A stretch of DNA of 63,983 bases, counting the filler, from Collodictyon triciliatum (Eukaryota), in assembly GCA_043381765.1 (NCBI GenBank). It is 8 parts of 8 records of this genome, joined end to end, with 100 filler letters (N's around TTAATTAATTAA, not from the genome) between each part and the next. Parts side by side here need not be neighbours in the genome. Positions count along the whole stretch, not along the records: positions 1 to 8,755 come from JBHJMP010003297.1; positions 8,856 to 17,605 come from JBHJMP010003298.1; 6 more parts are not named here. One strand, written 5' to 3'. This document shows positions 1 through 12,931 of the stretch, in pieces. Position 1 is the stretch's first letter, and each line of letters begins with the position of its first letter. Both the position numbers and the translations under genes were made by a program. The notes beneath the pieces are model-generated. The model did no database searches, had not been told where the DNA came from, and saw only the letters and a program-made list of their open reading frames with translations.

Positions 1-125
1 AAAAAAACAGAAAAAAAAACAGAAAAAAAAACAGAAAAAAAAACAGAAAAAAAACAGAAAAAAAACAGAAAAAAAACAGAAAAAAACAGAAAAAAACAGA
101 AAAAAACAGAAAAAAAACAGAAAAA
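1..125. repeat. A-rich microsatellite (A7-9CAG)n at contig end
   Basis: Tandem AAAAAAA(A)CAG units read directly. Confidence 0.95.
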
Positions 126-162
126 TAAAAAAGGATGTTGCATTGAAATTTTCAAAAATTAG

Positions 163-3100
163 GTATCCTTTGGGGAATGACCTTGTATCGATTGGAAAAT
201 TCCTTCCATTTGAGAAAGATAGCGCGTAGTGATGTGTCGACTCTTTCTTTATCTTTGCGATCTATAATTGAAGAGGCTAAATCATATTTGATAAACTAAT
301 TAATTCTTTCAAATTATGTAACCTGCTTTAAGACACTGAACAAGCCAGTTTTTTCGATGAAGAGAGAGTCCCTAGGTTGTACAAAATTCAAGAGTATGCA
401 TTAATGAATTAAATGATGGGACAAATTTTGTTTTCAAGTACCTTTTTCCATTACATAAGCAATCATAAACCATAACTGAATAATTGTGCATGTTTTTTTT
501 TTTTGATAAGAGAAAAACCATAAAAGCTTTCCTCTTCAAACTTCGAGAATATAATAGTCCTGCTTGTGCGAGTTTGATCTGTTTATCACATAGTTTGAAG
601 TGATTTCAATAGTGATCAAAATCGACGCCTTATTTTACTTAAATCTATATATTATGGTCCACAGTTTCCATACACCCGCATAATGAATTTTTATACCAAT
701 TTCATCCTACTCCCGACAGCCATTTGACACCATGCACGTATGATTTTCTCTAAATGTAATTTTTTTTTAGAAAGAAGCCTACTTTTTTTTTTTCACTACA
801 ATTCTGTTGAATAATTAAATAAATTACTTAAAAGTGTTGTCGAATGGAGAGTGAATGCAATTCTTTTCTTCTTCTCATTTACAGTATATTGCCTCCAACG
901 TGACATGATACTCATCATTAGCATTTGATTAGAGTATCGAGAGGCTATCAGAGAGCCTTGAGTGTTCAAAAAATTGAAATAATGTTAAACCATGCGAAAA
1001 TACCACTGATTATTTGAGTCTTGGTTTCTTTTTTCTTAAAATTGTTTTCTTCCATACCATAACCCTGTCGTCTTTTTTCTGCAACGTAACCACGCCACCT
1101 GAAAATGTTTTTGGATTTTTCTTTTTTAAAAACAGCATAAATTATTAATATCACTTTGTAAGAGAGAAAAATTTCACCTTTCAAATGCTTTACACAGACA
1201 AAAATTTGCTAGCTTAATAACGGCCTTAGCCATGACTTTTCTTTGTAATGTGTTCTTTTTCAATAGCTCAATTTTCTATTCAAAGATTCATGGACAAAGT
1301 AATAATAATTTTTTTATTGAGAATATTTTGTGTTAATAATCCAGCCCAATTTGTTCCATAATTTTGATGGCATATGAAATTGATTGTGTGTATATAGATA
1401 ATATACCTTGTAGACTTGTCTCTTCTCATGAGCTTTCTTTTTTGTATAGCTTTTCCAGACTATGAAGCAAATCTATGTAATTTATGATTATGGCTACTTG
1501 ATTCAATTTATGCTCTATGAAATGAGAAAGTATGAAAACCTTTTCAATACGGATTTGACGATATGTATTCATTTTTTTCCACTGAATGCTTAGATGCATC
1601 TGGCGGCACCACTATTTATAGTCCAGGTAGCGTTTTCAGTCATATAAATTCAATATTAAAACAAACAGAACGCACCATTTTAAATGAAAAAAAAACCATT
1701 ATTAGAGAATAAATTTTACTTGATAATATACAACTTTTTTTATTCTTTCGTTTCGAATCATGGCAACCTATGACATTGACCAGTACATTACACGTAGCAA
1801 TTAGGATTTTGAAATGAATTCTCATGACACTTTTTTTATTTAAAAAAGTCAATAATGGTATCATTTACATACCATTGTAAAATGCTATCCTATTTTCAAA
1901 AATAAATAAAAAATATGAATCATAAACACTTGCATACCTGTCTCACCGTGTCAAATTCTGTTTTCACTTTCTGTATATAAGCCATCCAACGCTTGAGCGC
2001 TTTACGTACTAAAATTCTACCTTTTTTGTACATAAGCATTTCTATCGTTCTGATGCACTTAACTCGTTTCTTCCACGCAAGAAAGGCGCCTATATGAGCG
2101 ATGTCGCATGAATTTATCAAGACTATTTCGAACAACGCACCATCTTAATGAACTATACGCTTGAGGCAGTTGTGTTTATCTGCTTGCAGCAAAGTTTGGA
2201 AGAATTTGTGTCTATTTTGTGCTAATCTGAACTTGTGGGCCCAAATGGAAAAGCACTATTTGATAAAACAGTAAGAAAATATTTATATAGACACGAAGCG
2301 CTCTGTAATAGCAAAAAATCAAAATCCTGTGATGACAGTTCATATCAAACCATTCCGATTAGTCCTCTGTTGCGAGCTTCGTGGACGTGATCAACTCGAA
2401 GTCTGAGGATGAGATTCTTGGCAGTGACTATTTTTGGGAGTAATGTAAACTTAAAATGATCTATATATTATTCGACTCAATCTGGGGTATATGTGAATAT
2501 GGTTTTACGCAATTTCCATGCGATGAAGATTCTAGCTTTGATGTTGTATGCAGTCCTTGACTGCAAGTTTATCGTGGATTTCATTTTTTCCTTGTTCTAC
2601 ATTTACAAGAGATTATGTTCGTTATGTTATTATTTCCTTCGGCATTTTTTAATTGGAAAAAATACAAGTAGCTAATGTTTTTTTATTAGACAAAAGATAC
2701 ACAGTTTTCTTACTGCTCTTAATAAATCAAATGCCAAACGCATTATAATCAATTCTCTCTTTTTCGCCATGGGAGGGAGAAGTGTTTGAACAACATATCT
2801 ACAAAATATATTCATCATATCTCACTATAATTCACTTCTTTTTGTTTCAGATTCGACTTAAAGAATACCTCAAAACTTAGTTAAAAGAAAGATGATGAAA
2901 TGATAGGAAACTGACATTCGCCTTTGTTTTGCTCTTTGTGTAAAACTGCGCCAGGAACGCAACATTAGCAATACTTTGAACAAGAACCTTCTAAGAGCAT
3001 ATTCTTTGGCCTTTCTCATAATTAAATAAGGTCAGTAGATAGAAAAGTGTCCAAGAAATATTTTCTAAATTTCTTCTCATAGTATATGTTGTAAATTTGA

Positions 3101-6100
3101 AATGATAACTTCAGTTTACCTGTTGCAAAGTGTAGTAACGCCTCTTCCACTGGTAATAGAAAAGAGACTTCCGGTAAATGTAAACTTGATAGACCGAGCA
3201 TCGTAGGATGTGTTGGTAGCGGTTGTACTCTCTACATCATTTGAACGTATAATTGTTTGAATTCACCTGATTTATCAAAGCGAATATTTTTGCTCTTTCC
3301 TTATTACTTTTTTTTTTTGAAGAATACTTACCTCCAAGAGTGAAACGCTAGTCTAACATAAGCATTTTTCTCAGACTCAATAACCCGCATTAGTGCGATT
3401 GTTCGTTGTTTTGAAATGTTGGATAATTTTCTCCATCTTGTAAACGCATCCCAGACTATTAAAATTCGCCTTCGCGCAAGATATGTTTTTATCTATATGT
3501 AAAAAAAAAAAAAGAAAAAAAAGAGGCAATTAAACGGTTTATTAGCGCTCTAAACATATTTTGAATGAATTGGGATGTTGATTATTATTTATTTTTTTTT
3601 AAAAAAAACTGACCTTCCGAGTGTTGGATGCAGATTTCAGCCAAAAGCGAAATACTTTTGACTTCATTTCGGTGAGAAGGGCTTGGAGAATAAAATTCAA
3701 CCTTTGTGTCCTTACAGCTTTCTGCGTGGCATAGGCTCTTTGTGCCATACAATAAATTCAAGTTTTTACAAGACCTCATCCATGGTCTTAAACGATTAAT
3801 TATGTATCTTCACAAACCTCCATTTCGAAAGAACGTCATATTGAGTAAGTCTGTTAAGATGCTGGCGTAAAATCTGCAGTCCACTCTTACGCCGCCGACC
3901 CTTCAGTAAGACGCTCATCCATACTTTGAACGTAAAATCCATAAGCCTAAGTGGAAAAAAAAGTGGCTATATTGGAAAAAGTAACTGTGAAAGATTCTAA
4001 TTTCTTGCAAAACAGAATATTTTTACCTAATATTTTTATCGCGTTCGATTCCTTGCACCCTCCTTTGAATTCTGAAAGGGAGAAAATTACTGAAAGAAAA
4101 TGATTTAAATTCGCCAAATGCATATGTTTTCAACAAATTGCTATATCAACCTCGTTTGGCGAAGCCAATATCGGAAAAATTTACGAGTATCAGAACGATT
4201 CCATATGACAGACGCCATTTTGAGCTTCAATCTAATATCGTATTGTAATTTCATCTATTCATTCTAAAGTTTTCAGCATTTTTCCATGAAAAAAAAATTC
4301 TTCTGAAAATTTGATACATATCATCATGCAACCTCAATTTTGTTGACAATCTCCAATGTGAAAAATTGTTTCGGATGATTAGGTAATTAAATCTCGTCAA
4401 GCATGTCTCTAGACTTTCTCTTTCCATTTTTTTACCCTAAAAATTGTTTATTTTGAAGGGGTTCAGACCAGAATAATTACATCATACTTGTGGAGCAGAC
4501 TTACCAATGCATATCTCCTCCAACGGCGAAGTATATCGTATTTCTGATAAAATCTGTGCCTCGAGGATATTGTCATCTAGAAATGCATTAAAAATATGTG
4601 GAATGATGAACTTGTGAGGGTTCCACTGTCCCTTAGGGTCAAGTGTGTAAAGAAATAAAAATACTTATATTTACCTCATTTTCATATCTCACAGTGATAA
4701 TGCGGTCAGTGCAAGACTTCCATAGGACAAAATGCTCTCTGACTACTCTTGTTACATGATTTCGACTAATTTCCATTTCATGTTCTGGAGAAAGTAATAT
4801 TCTTTTAGTATACCGACTTCATTGATTCATTTTTCAAATGACTAAACACTTTTCATCGCTGCCCGTAGCGAAGCAAGTGATGCCCATGCGCTGACGCATT
4901 TCTTCAGGTTATTGTATTTCCATAAGCGATTAGCAATTTCGGTTGCTTTTCTCTTCACTTTTTTACGACTTGAATAAATGTTCAATAGATAGGAACTATA
5001 GCTTATTATGAATAGTTACGAGCACACTAAACACACGATTTCATTTTTTAAACCATATAATTTTGAAAGGATATCATCATCTTTTCTAACGCTCTGGAAA
5101 CCAAGGATGTATTGCGGAATTCAGTCGCATTACGGATAGAGCGGTATAAACATCTTTTTTTGATGACGTACTTAACCCAGTTCTTTTTAGTTTATTTCAA
5201 ATGGTTAGTATTTATCAAGAAGCTGCGACGTAATATTCTAAATTTTACATATTTGATAAATTAATAATCGAAACCATAAATGTTTTCCTCATCTTTGTTA
5301 TTCCGTGATGATAAGTGGCTATCAGATTATTTTCCTTCTACAGTAATCTATGTTTAAAAAGTGAACCATCAAGAGTATTTTTATTTAGCACATGTCGGGG
5401 TACAAACTTTCTTAGCCTTCATCCCCAACCATTGGTTCCAGGCATCTAAGCAGTATGAATTATTTTAATAAAAATGTATGTCACAAAAATTTAGAATTCT
5501 AATGTCATCCAAATCCCAAATATTACAGAAATATATGTTGAGTTGTTTGTTTGCCCAGAAAGTTACAGCAGCAAGAGCCTTGTTCCTTTTTTTGCTCTTC
5601 TTTTGCGAGTAATATAGCCATACTCTCAAAATTTTTCTCAAAAGAGAGTGTGAATACGAGCGGAGGGCAGATTTCTACGAAAAAAAACATACGGAATTAA
5701 AAGAATCAAAAAAACACTTCGATTGAGGAGAAAATTATATTTAAAGCTTGGGTACCTCTGTTTTTTTCGTCATTCTCAGTTGATGGGTTTTTTGCCTCCA
5801 CTTTTTGAAAAATAAGGATGCGTGTTTCAAATCTCTTTTTTTGAGATAGTAGATCAATTGGCCTGCATAGCAACGCATTAGAAAATATAAGGACGGTTTT
5901 AATCCTTTCAACCTTCAAAAAAAAATGTTGCTGTAAAAATGATTAAAATTATTTTTTCAAAAATATGAACAATAATGACCTTTGTGTATCTTCCTAATTG
6001 TATTAAACTGCGACCACGTCCGAAAAGTCTTGCTCATTATTTTAAGTACATAATGGTAGGATGCTATTTCATACGATTGTTTTCTAATACATCGGTATTG

Positions 6101-7642
6101 AGTATATCTGTTCACATAATTAAGAAATAAAATAGAAAACCAGTAATGGAAATTAAAAGTAGTGTTATATTTGATAATTTTCTATTAAAAATTCATGGTA
6201 AGGATATAATCCATCTTCTGAGAAGCTTCGATAGAGTTTTTATGATGTAGAATTCCCTGCCATTTTTTGTCTGTTTCCTTTTTTGAGCTTTCAGATGATA
6301 ATATCTCAACCATCCCTTTGCATAAATCGTATATTGGAATTTAATTATTTTTTTTTTACAATAATAAAGCTGGACATTTACAAAGCTTTGTGAATCATAG
6401 ATATAGGGGACCTGAAATGTTCTTATCAGTATCTTTTTGAAATATGCAGAAGTTATGAGAATAATTTGGGATTCCTATGATATGGAAAGATTTTGTAACT
6501 CATATTAACATAGCTTTTCATGTGTCACATGCCGTGATTACAAAATAATAATAATAATAATAATGAAGTAATCAATTTGGAGTGCTTTTTTTTTTTACTG
6601 TGCTTTTTTCGACGAAATAAAAATTAGGGGAATCTCTTCTAAATGACTGAACCTTTTCTTGAGTGATATGCACCCACGCACGCCAAATATCTTAAAATGT
6701 TTAAGTTAAGAGACAAATAAATTTCTGATGCTTTTATTTTGGATATGTGTCTTACAGAAATGCCTCCGAAGTAGGTTGTTGGCCCAGAACGTAACAGCAC
6801 GATAAACTTGAATTTTCTCGTTCCTATTTATTCTCCATTGAAGAATCCATATTTTCATGCAGTTATTTAGCAAATTAATGCGACGATATAACGAGGACCG
6901 GGACTAGAAGTGAATTGAGAAGTCAATTAAACGTATTGTTACTCGACCGCACTCAAAGTATGGTAATTAAATAATTACGAATAACAAATTTTTTTTTTAT
7001 AAACTATAACCTCTTTGCGGATAGCAGCCTTCAGAATGGCTTTAAATCTTCTCATGATCCTCATTTTTGTATGATACTACATTTTATGAAATGCATAAGC
7101 ACACTACATGGATTAACAGGTCAAATAAGATGTTTTTTTATTCATGATATTTGGTAACCTCCCAAAGAACGATTGCTTGAGTCCAAGTCCGTATAGCATG
7201 CTCACGTATGGCTTTATTTTCTTCTGTTCTACTGCGCATTAATTCGTAAGTTCTGTAAAATTGTCTGAGGGTGAGCAAGGAAAGTAGATAACTCGCTTTA
7301 TTAAATGAAAATATCACATCGTGAAAGATAGCGAGTTGACACCCGCACGAGCACTTCACACATAATTTTATCACATCAGCCAATAATAGGCCGAAAAATG
7401 TATATCAAATCTCATCAAAAGGAAAATGTAGGCAAGGGCTATGTGACTAACCCCGTTTCTCTTTGAGTGGATGCGGGTGTGTTTTCTCTCCTTGCGATAT
7501 CACCGTTAGTCTTGTCCTGAAGGTAGCCCAAAACATCTGCAATGTCGCTGTATTCACTCTCACTTGAACTCAGCTTTTGGGCTGCGTAGCGTGTCGCGTC
7601 TGGTTGCTGTAAAGGTTCCTGCAGCAGGTTTAATTCTGTCAC
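163..7642 (-). CDS. Multi-exon Sfi1-like centrin-binding repeat protein; exon boundaries approximate, may be incomplete
   Basis: Many short minus-strand exons between AT-rich introns encode basic helical segments with periodic Trp: AFLAWKKRVKC...LVRKALKRWMAY (1920-2135), LMLRSWRSFTQRAKQRR (~2920-2975), LKKCVSAWASLASLR (~4860-4915), RAVTFWANNLLRRHF (~6757-6800), AIREHAIRTWTQAIVLW (7138-7383). This pattern resembles Sfi1 repeats. Confidence 0.6.
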
Positions 7643-8443
7643 TCAGTGTGACCGGGANNNNNNNNNNNNNNNNNNNNNNNNNNNNNNNNNNNNNNNNNNN
7701 NNNNNNNNNNNNNNNNNNNNNNNNNNNNNNNNNNNNNNNNNNNNNNNNNNNNNNNNNNNNNNNNNNNNNNNNNNNNNNNNNNNNNNNNNNNNNNNNNNNN
7801 NNNNNNNNNNNNNNNNNNNNNNNNNNNNNNNNNNNNNNNNNNNNNNNNNNNNNNNNNNNNNNNNNNNNNNNNNNNNNNNNNNNNNNNNNNNNNNNNNNNN
7901 NNNNNNNNNNNNNNNNNNNNNNNNNNNNNNNNNNNNNNNNNNNNNNNTCCCCGGCGCATAGGATATCCCTAATGGGTTTCGGGTTTGCAAGTGAGGATAA
8001 GCTGCTGGTATGCGAATTGAGGTAGCCAACACACTCTTTTTTTTTTTTTTTTCACTTTTTCTTTTGCAACAAACCTGTTGTGACAAATGATTTACAGTAT
8101 CATGGAAATTAGCAAGAGACGATTGTCTTTTACCAACGTTAAAAATATTGAAGCGTTTTTTTTTTTTTATTGCCGCCCACATAGTTTTGATTTGCGTTAT
8201 GATTTTCACAATTTATTTTATGTTTCTTTGTCCATGTGTTTGCATATTAGGGTTTGCCGTGCAGGTATCGCAAAGAAATTACTTTTCATCGCTGCCTTGG
8301 CATGTGTTGACACAGAGAAAAGAGAGGGAATCGTTTGCCTGTGGTGGGCTAGATGCTTTTTTTTTTAATTTTCTTTGCGTTTGGGTTAAAGGGAAAGATT
8401 TGCATAGATTAAAAGAGTTTTCTTTAATGAGGTCAAGGCATCC

Positions 8444-8755
8444 TTGGTGGATTTTCCGAATGGAATCATGTCTGGTGGCGACCTAGCGCAAGGATTTACA
8501 GAGGCCACGGTGCGGCTGATACCAAAGAAAGGAAGCTCGAGCAATCTTGCAGACTGGCGGCCAATATCACTGTTGAATAATGAGTACAAGATATTTACGA
8601 CGATACTCAGAAATCGCATATCACCCATCGCTGACAAACTCATATCCAAAGAGCGGATTGGCTCCATGAGCGGAAGGAACATCGACACAAACATCTGGGT
8701 TGTCAACAAAGAGTACATGGAATATCAAGTAAGCGGGACACCCCGCGCTATGATT
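8444..8755 (+). mobile_element. Non-LTR retrotransposon (L1/Tx1-like) reverse transcriptase N-terminal fragment, cut by contig end
   Basis: ATVRLIPKKG...LADWRPISLLNNEYKIFT..L.NRI...LIS....G.M.GRNI is the typical LINE RT motif 0-2 region. Confidence 0.85.
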
Positions 8756-8855
8756 NNNNNNNNNNNNNNNNNNNNNNNNNNNNNNNNNNNNNNNNNNNNT
8801 TAATTAATTAANNNNNNNNNNNNNNNNNNNNNNNNNNNNNNNNNNNNNNNNNNNN
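8756..8855. other. Artificial contig-joining linker N44-TTAATTAATTAA-N44
   Basis: The identical 100-bp linker (stops in all six frames) recurs at 17606-17705, 26452-26551, 35298-35397, 44139-44238, 52975-53074 and 61809-61908. Intervening contigs are 8750, 8746, 8746, 8741, 8736 and 8734 bp, i.e. length-sorted. Confidence 0.98.
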
Positions 8856-8980
8856 GTTTGGGTCCAGCAAGCCAGGCTGTATATTTTTTATTTTTACTTT
8901 GCGATATCTTGACAACGTAAGTCTGGCCCTTGACCTTGATTTCTTTTTTAAATTCGCTCATACCTATATCTGGAAAATAT

Positions 8981-9332
8981 TATTGCGCCAAATGTGGAAT
9001 TTATAATAATTAAAATTACAAATGTGGAAATAATATTCTAGAGTATTGCCAAATGCGGAATTTATAATAATTAAAATTACACATATGGAAAGAATATTCT
9101 AGAATATTACCAAATGCGGAATTTATAATAATTAAATCCCAAATATGGATATAGAATCTTCTAGAACCTTCCTTTTCTGGATATAGAACCTTCTAGAACA
9201 TTCCTTTCCAAATCTGGAATTCCACATTAGGAAGGTATAGGGGTATATAAAGGATGAACTCTTGTACCCAAATTATATATACCTAGATAATTTGGGTACA
9301 AGAAATTTTTATCGAACTATAATGTGGCAATA
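8981..9332. repeat. LTR-like element: three 61-bp tandem units, TATA-like box, 17-bp inverted repeat
   Basis: Units start at 8987, 9048 and 9109 (CCAAATG[T/C]GGAATTTATAATAATTAAA...TTCTAGA). GGGTATATAAAGG at 9241. Perfect inverted repeat 9260-9276 / 9287-9303. Ends are TATTGC...GCAATA. Confidence 0.55.
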
Positions 9333-9553
9333 CCTGTTTAACTGCATTTCGGAGTCACCACTATACCCTTTGCTTATTACGCACATCTGTGGTACGTGGT
9401 CATCATTCGTCCTCCTCTTTCAAGATATTTAGATGGCAGGGCTTTTATATATTTTAAATTATTCATTCCTTTTAGATATCCGCATTTAATACCATGCCGA
9501 TTCGAATGATAGATGTATTATAGCCGTGAATAACATGAAAATGTAAAAAAAAA

Positions 9554-9589
9554 TTTTTTCCTTTATTCGATTCAAAGTGTAGCGAGGTT
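9554..9589 (+). mobile_element. 36-bp Fanzor-end-like insert flanked by a 19-bp direct repeat (copy A)
   Basis: TTTTTTCCTTTATTCGATTCAAAGTGTAGCGAGGTT lies between ATGAAAATGTAAAAAAAAA (9535-9553) and ATGAAAATGTAAAATAAAA (9590-9608). It closely matches 53783-53824. Confidence 0.8.
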
Positions 9590-12500
9590 ATGAAAATGTA
9601 AAATAAAAATATATGTGGAAGGGCAGCAATTTTATTATAATAAACATACCAGCTTCGAACGGCTGCACTCACCAGAGATTGGTCTTTTGTCATTCGGTGT
9701 GGCCAACATTCGTCGAAAATGATATTCTATTTTTCACCGATAAAATGGTTAGCTGTTGGTCGATTTTAAATACATTTGGGGGCTATTGCGGTTTTCACGC
9801 CGCCGCTAAATGAAAACTACCAAGGATGACCTCGAAAAACATGAGATGTTTTATTGAATTCATGTTATGGTACCAAATATCAGTTCGAGGCATTTCACCA
9901 TTTTTTCCCTTTATTCAGAATCATTTTATCATAAATCGTTGCAGTCTTTGGTTCTCTCTAATCCCTCGTTAACCCCAAGCTCTATTTCCATGAGCTTGTA
10001 GGACATACTAGAGCAGGTCGGATCTGATACTGATATTTTTTTTTTAAAAAAAAAAAGAAAAAAAGGCAGCTTCATATTAGCACTGGCGTCTTTTAATTAT
10101 CCTTTCGCTTCGGCGTCTCGATACTGGTCGGCTATTTCCCTGTTGGAACGGGCTGCTGAGGCGCGTGCTTCGAAGCCATTGAAAATTCTGGAAGCAACGC
10201 AAACGCGTCTGAGGACATCACTAACGCGTTTCTGAAAGGGGTTTGCTTATGCGATACCGATCACAGAATCACAAGACACAGGGCAGCCACACCTCACCAC
10301 TTCCAAGAGCAACACTCTTGACTCTCGCGCCCAGGGTTTTCCAAGCCGAGCAATGGTGAATCAGTATAGTCTTGAAAAGTGATCAGAAGCGAGGAAGGAA
10401 AAAGAAAAGGATGTAAGAGCCCAACTCATGTACAACGTGGCTCTTTGTTTTTTTATGCCAGGTTTTTCCATGCTTCGCTTTGTGGGAAGACTTGTGCTTC
10501 ACCATGCACCGGCTCGTTTCAGTCTTTACTCCACCAGCTCAGCAGTTCACGAGATAACCCTTACGGAAACTTGTGTGAAGGTATACAGCCTTGCCTTGCT
10601 TCATTTTGACACAATTATGCTTATTGGACTAGTGCTTTGCACAACGATGAGTTGTGTCCGGAATCCTTTTTTCTTAAACCCTTTTCTTATTGCTAGGTAT
10701 AAGTCAGTTCCTTCAGCCCGCGTTTTTTTTCTCATCACTCGTCTGTTTCTTCTCACTTTGTCTTGTTCAAATTTTAGATACCCTTTTGGCTCTGGCATAT
10801 TTTTTCTATAATAATAATAATCATAATCATAATCATCGTTCTACTCGATATTGAATGTGTACTTGTTAGTTCTTTGGGCCCCTCGATATTTTCTTACCTT
10901 TTTTTCACCTTCATGAATAGAGAGTAGCGGATATTGGTAAGTATCTGCGAGTATCCGTGGACGGAGGTGGATGCTCAGGATTTGTTTATAATTTTACCTT
11001 CGAAGATGGGCCACAGCAACGCGACCTGTATTAAGAAAACCGTTCTCTTCATTCACTCCGATCACACTTTTAAAATTATTATTCTTAATAATAATTATTT
11101 TATCACATTTGAATGCACTAAAATTACGGCGAATGATTCTTTCATTTCACAATTGAAATTCAATACTGTTTTCTCACATAAAGGTTGTTAGGATTAAGCA
11201 TTTTTCATCGATTTATATACTTACAAACTGTGTTTCATCATTTTGCAGACTGATTGAAAGTCATGGTGCCAAAGTTCTCGTCGATCCCGAATCTCTCCCA
11301 TTTCTCAAGGGCTCTACTATTGACTACCAAAAGGAAATGATATCTTCATCATTTCGAATTCAATCCAACCCAAACTCGTCTTCGAATTGTGGCTGTGGAA
11401 GGTCATTCAATCCAAGCACTTGAGTGTGCATTGGGCACCGAATAAGCAAACGGAAAAGCATACAAAATATTTGGCCTTTTTTTATATCATTAAAAAAAAG
11501 TGAGAGAAAGGGGGAATGTTGTCATGCAATCATTTATATTTCCAAGTGAATGCAATAGTTTGGGAATCTTAATGAAATTATATCCACATTAAAATGCCAT
11601 CAACCACGATGATGTGTTTTCATTCTTTTGTTTCGCTCAAGAGTGAAAACATCTCAAGCGTTCAATACCATCATGTTTCTGACGCCTCCCACACCATCAC
11701 CTCAGCTCTTGTTCGTTGATATGGAGTGTGAAAATATATCTATGCATGGTCTTTGATATGCCTTTGTCATATTCTCCCTGTCAGCGCTTAGATTTATTGC
11801 GCAATATGCGATGTCCCTTCATATACCAAAACCCAAAAAAAAAAAAAATTTTGTCGCTTTAGTCTGTGGACGCGGCCGCGCTTTCTCAATTTCTTGGCGC
11901 ACTGGATGTGAAGAGATATGATACTGTGGTGTTTGTAAATAGGGTATGTAGTGGACATTATCGGCTCTGTATTGATTTGCGCATGGCCTTTGTACAACCG
12001 GAACTGGACTTTTTATTTCCTTCCCCTGAATATTTTGTTCATATTTTGGGCTTTGTAAGACCCATGTGAAACTGACCATCACCTCTGTAAACCACCATTG
12101 TAGCCCTTAGTCTGAAAGTACCCTCAGAAAGATTGAACTCTCAGTAATTAGTAACTGGCAATAATTTTCAGAATGAGTAAGACGAGCGTTTCAATATGTA
12201 GCAAGAGAGCAAGCGAACGAGAATGGACTTGTATGTACACGAATGCCGCCCTGTCGCCGAAGTGCTCGTATTGAAAAGGACTGTGTCTGATAGGTTGGAG
12301 TCGGTCCAGATAAGCAAGAGAAAACACAAGTCTCGTTGGATGAAGCGCTAAGAACACAGGATATATCTCAGTTTGCCACAAGGCAGAGAATGGAATTATG
12401 TGGCAAACGCTCCGAGATTTGAGACTTTTATTGTCAGGTTATCGCCGATCCTACTTCCATCGAATCCTTCAAAGCCGCGGATGCGCACTCGAACGAACAG

Positions 12501-12931
12501 TAGTTGCCTCATACTTAAGTTTGATTTTGATTTTGATTTTATTTTTACTTTTACTTTTTCCTTTTCTTTTCTCTTTTTAGATTTCATTTTTTTTTTACAT
12601 TTTTTTACATTTTTTTACATTTTTTTTTATATATTTTATATATTTTTTTATCTACCCAGCAACCAACGCAGTCACTTTACAAACCCACGCGTGATTTATA
12701 GCGCTTTGGGGGTCAGCCTTCATCTCTCGAGAAACACATAGCGCAAACAACACAGTAGGCGAAAAGGTAAATAATTCAAACATGCAAACAAGCAAACGAC
12801 GGACTAAGAGAAAAGCTAGCCTGACTAAGATAAGACCCGTTTTTCTTCCATAGTTTTCGAAGAAACAAAAAGAGTGTTACAAAAGGTGGCCTTGCTTACG
12901 CCGTAAAAAAAAAACCCTCCGCCGCTTAGTT

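Noticed and set aside
7564-8209. ORFs containing long X runs (also 25257-26033, 53703-54278, 57328-58012)
   Set aside because: Open only because they cross N gaps.
10080-12520. Moderately GC-rich blocks with short ORFs; possible gene fragments or ncRNA
   Set aside because: No consistent reading frame or recognisable RNA motifs.
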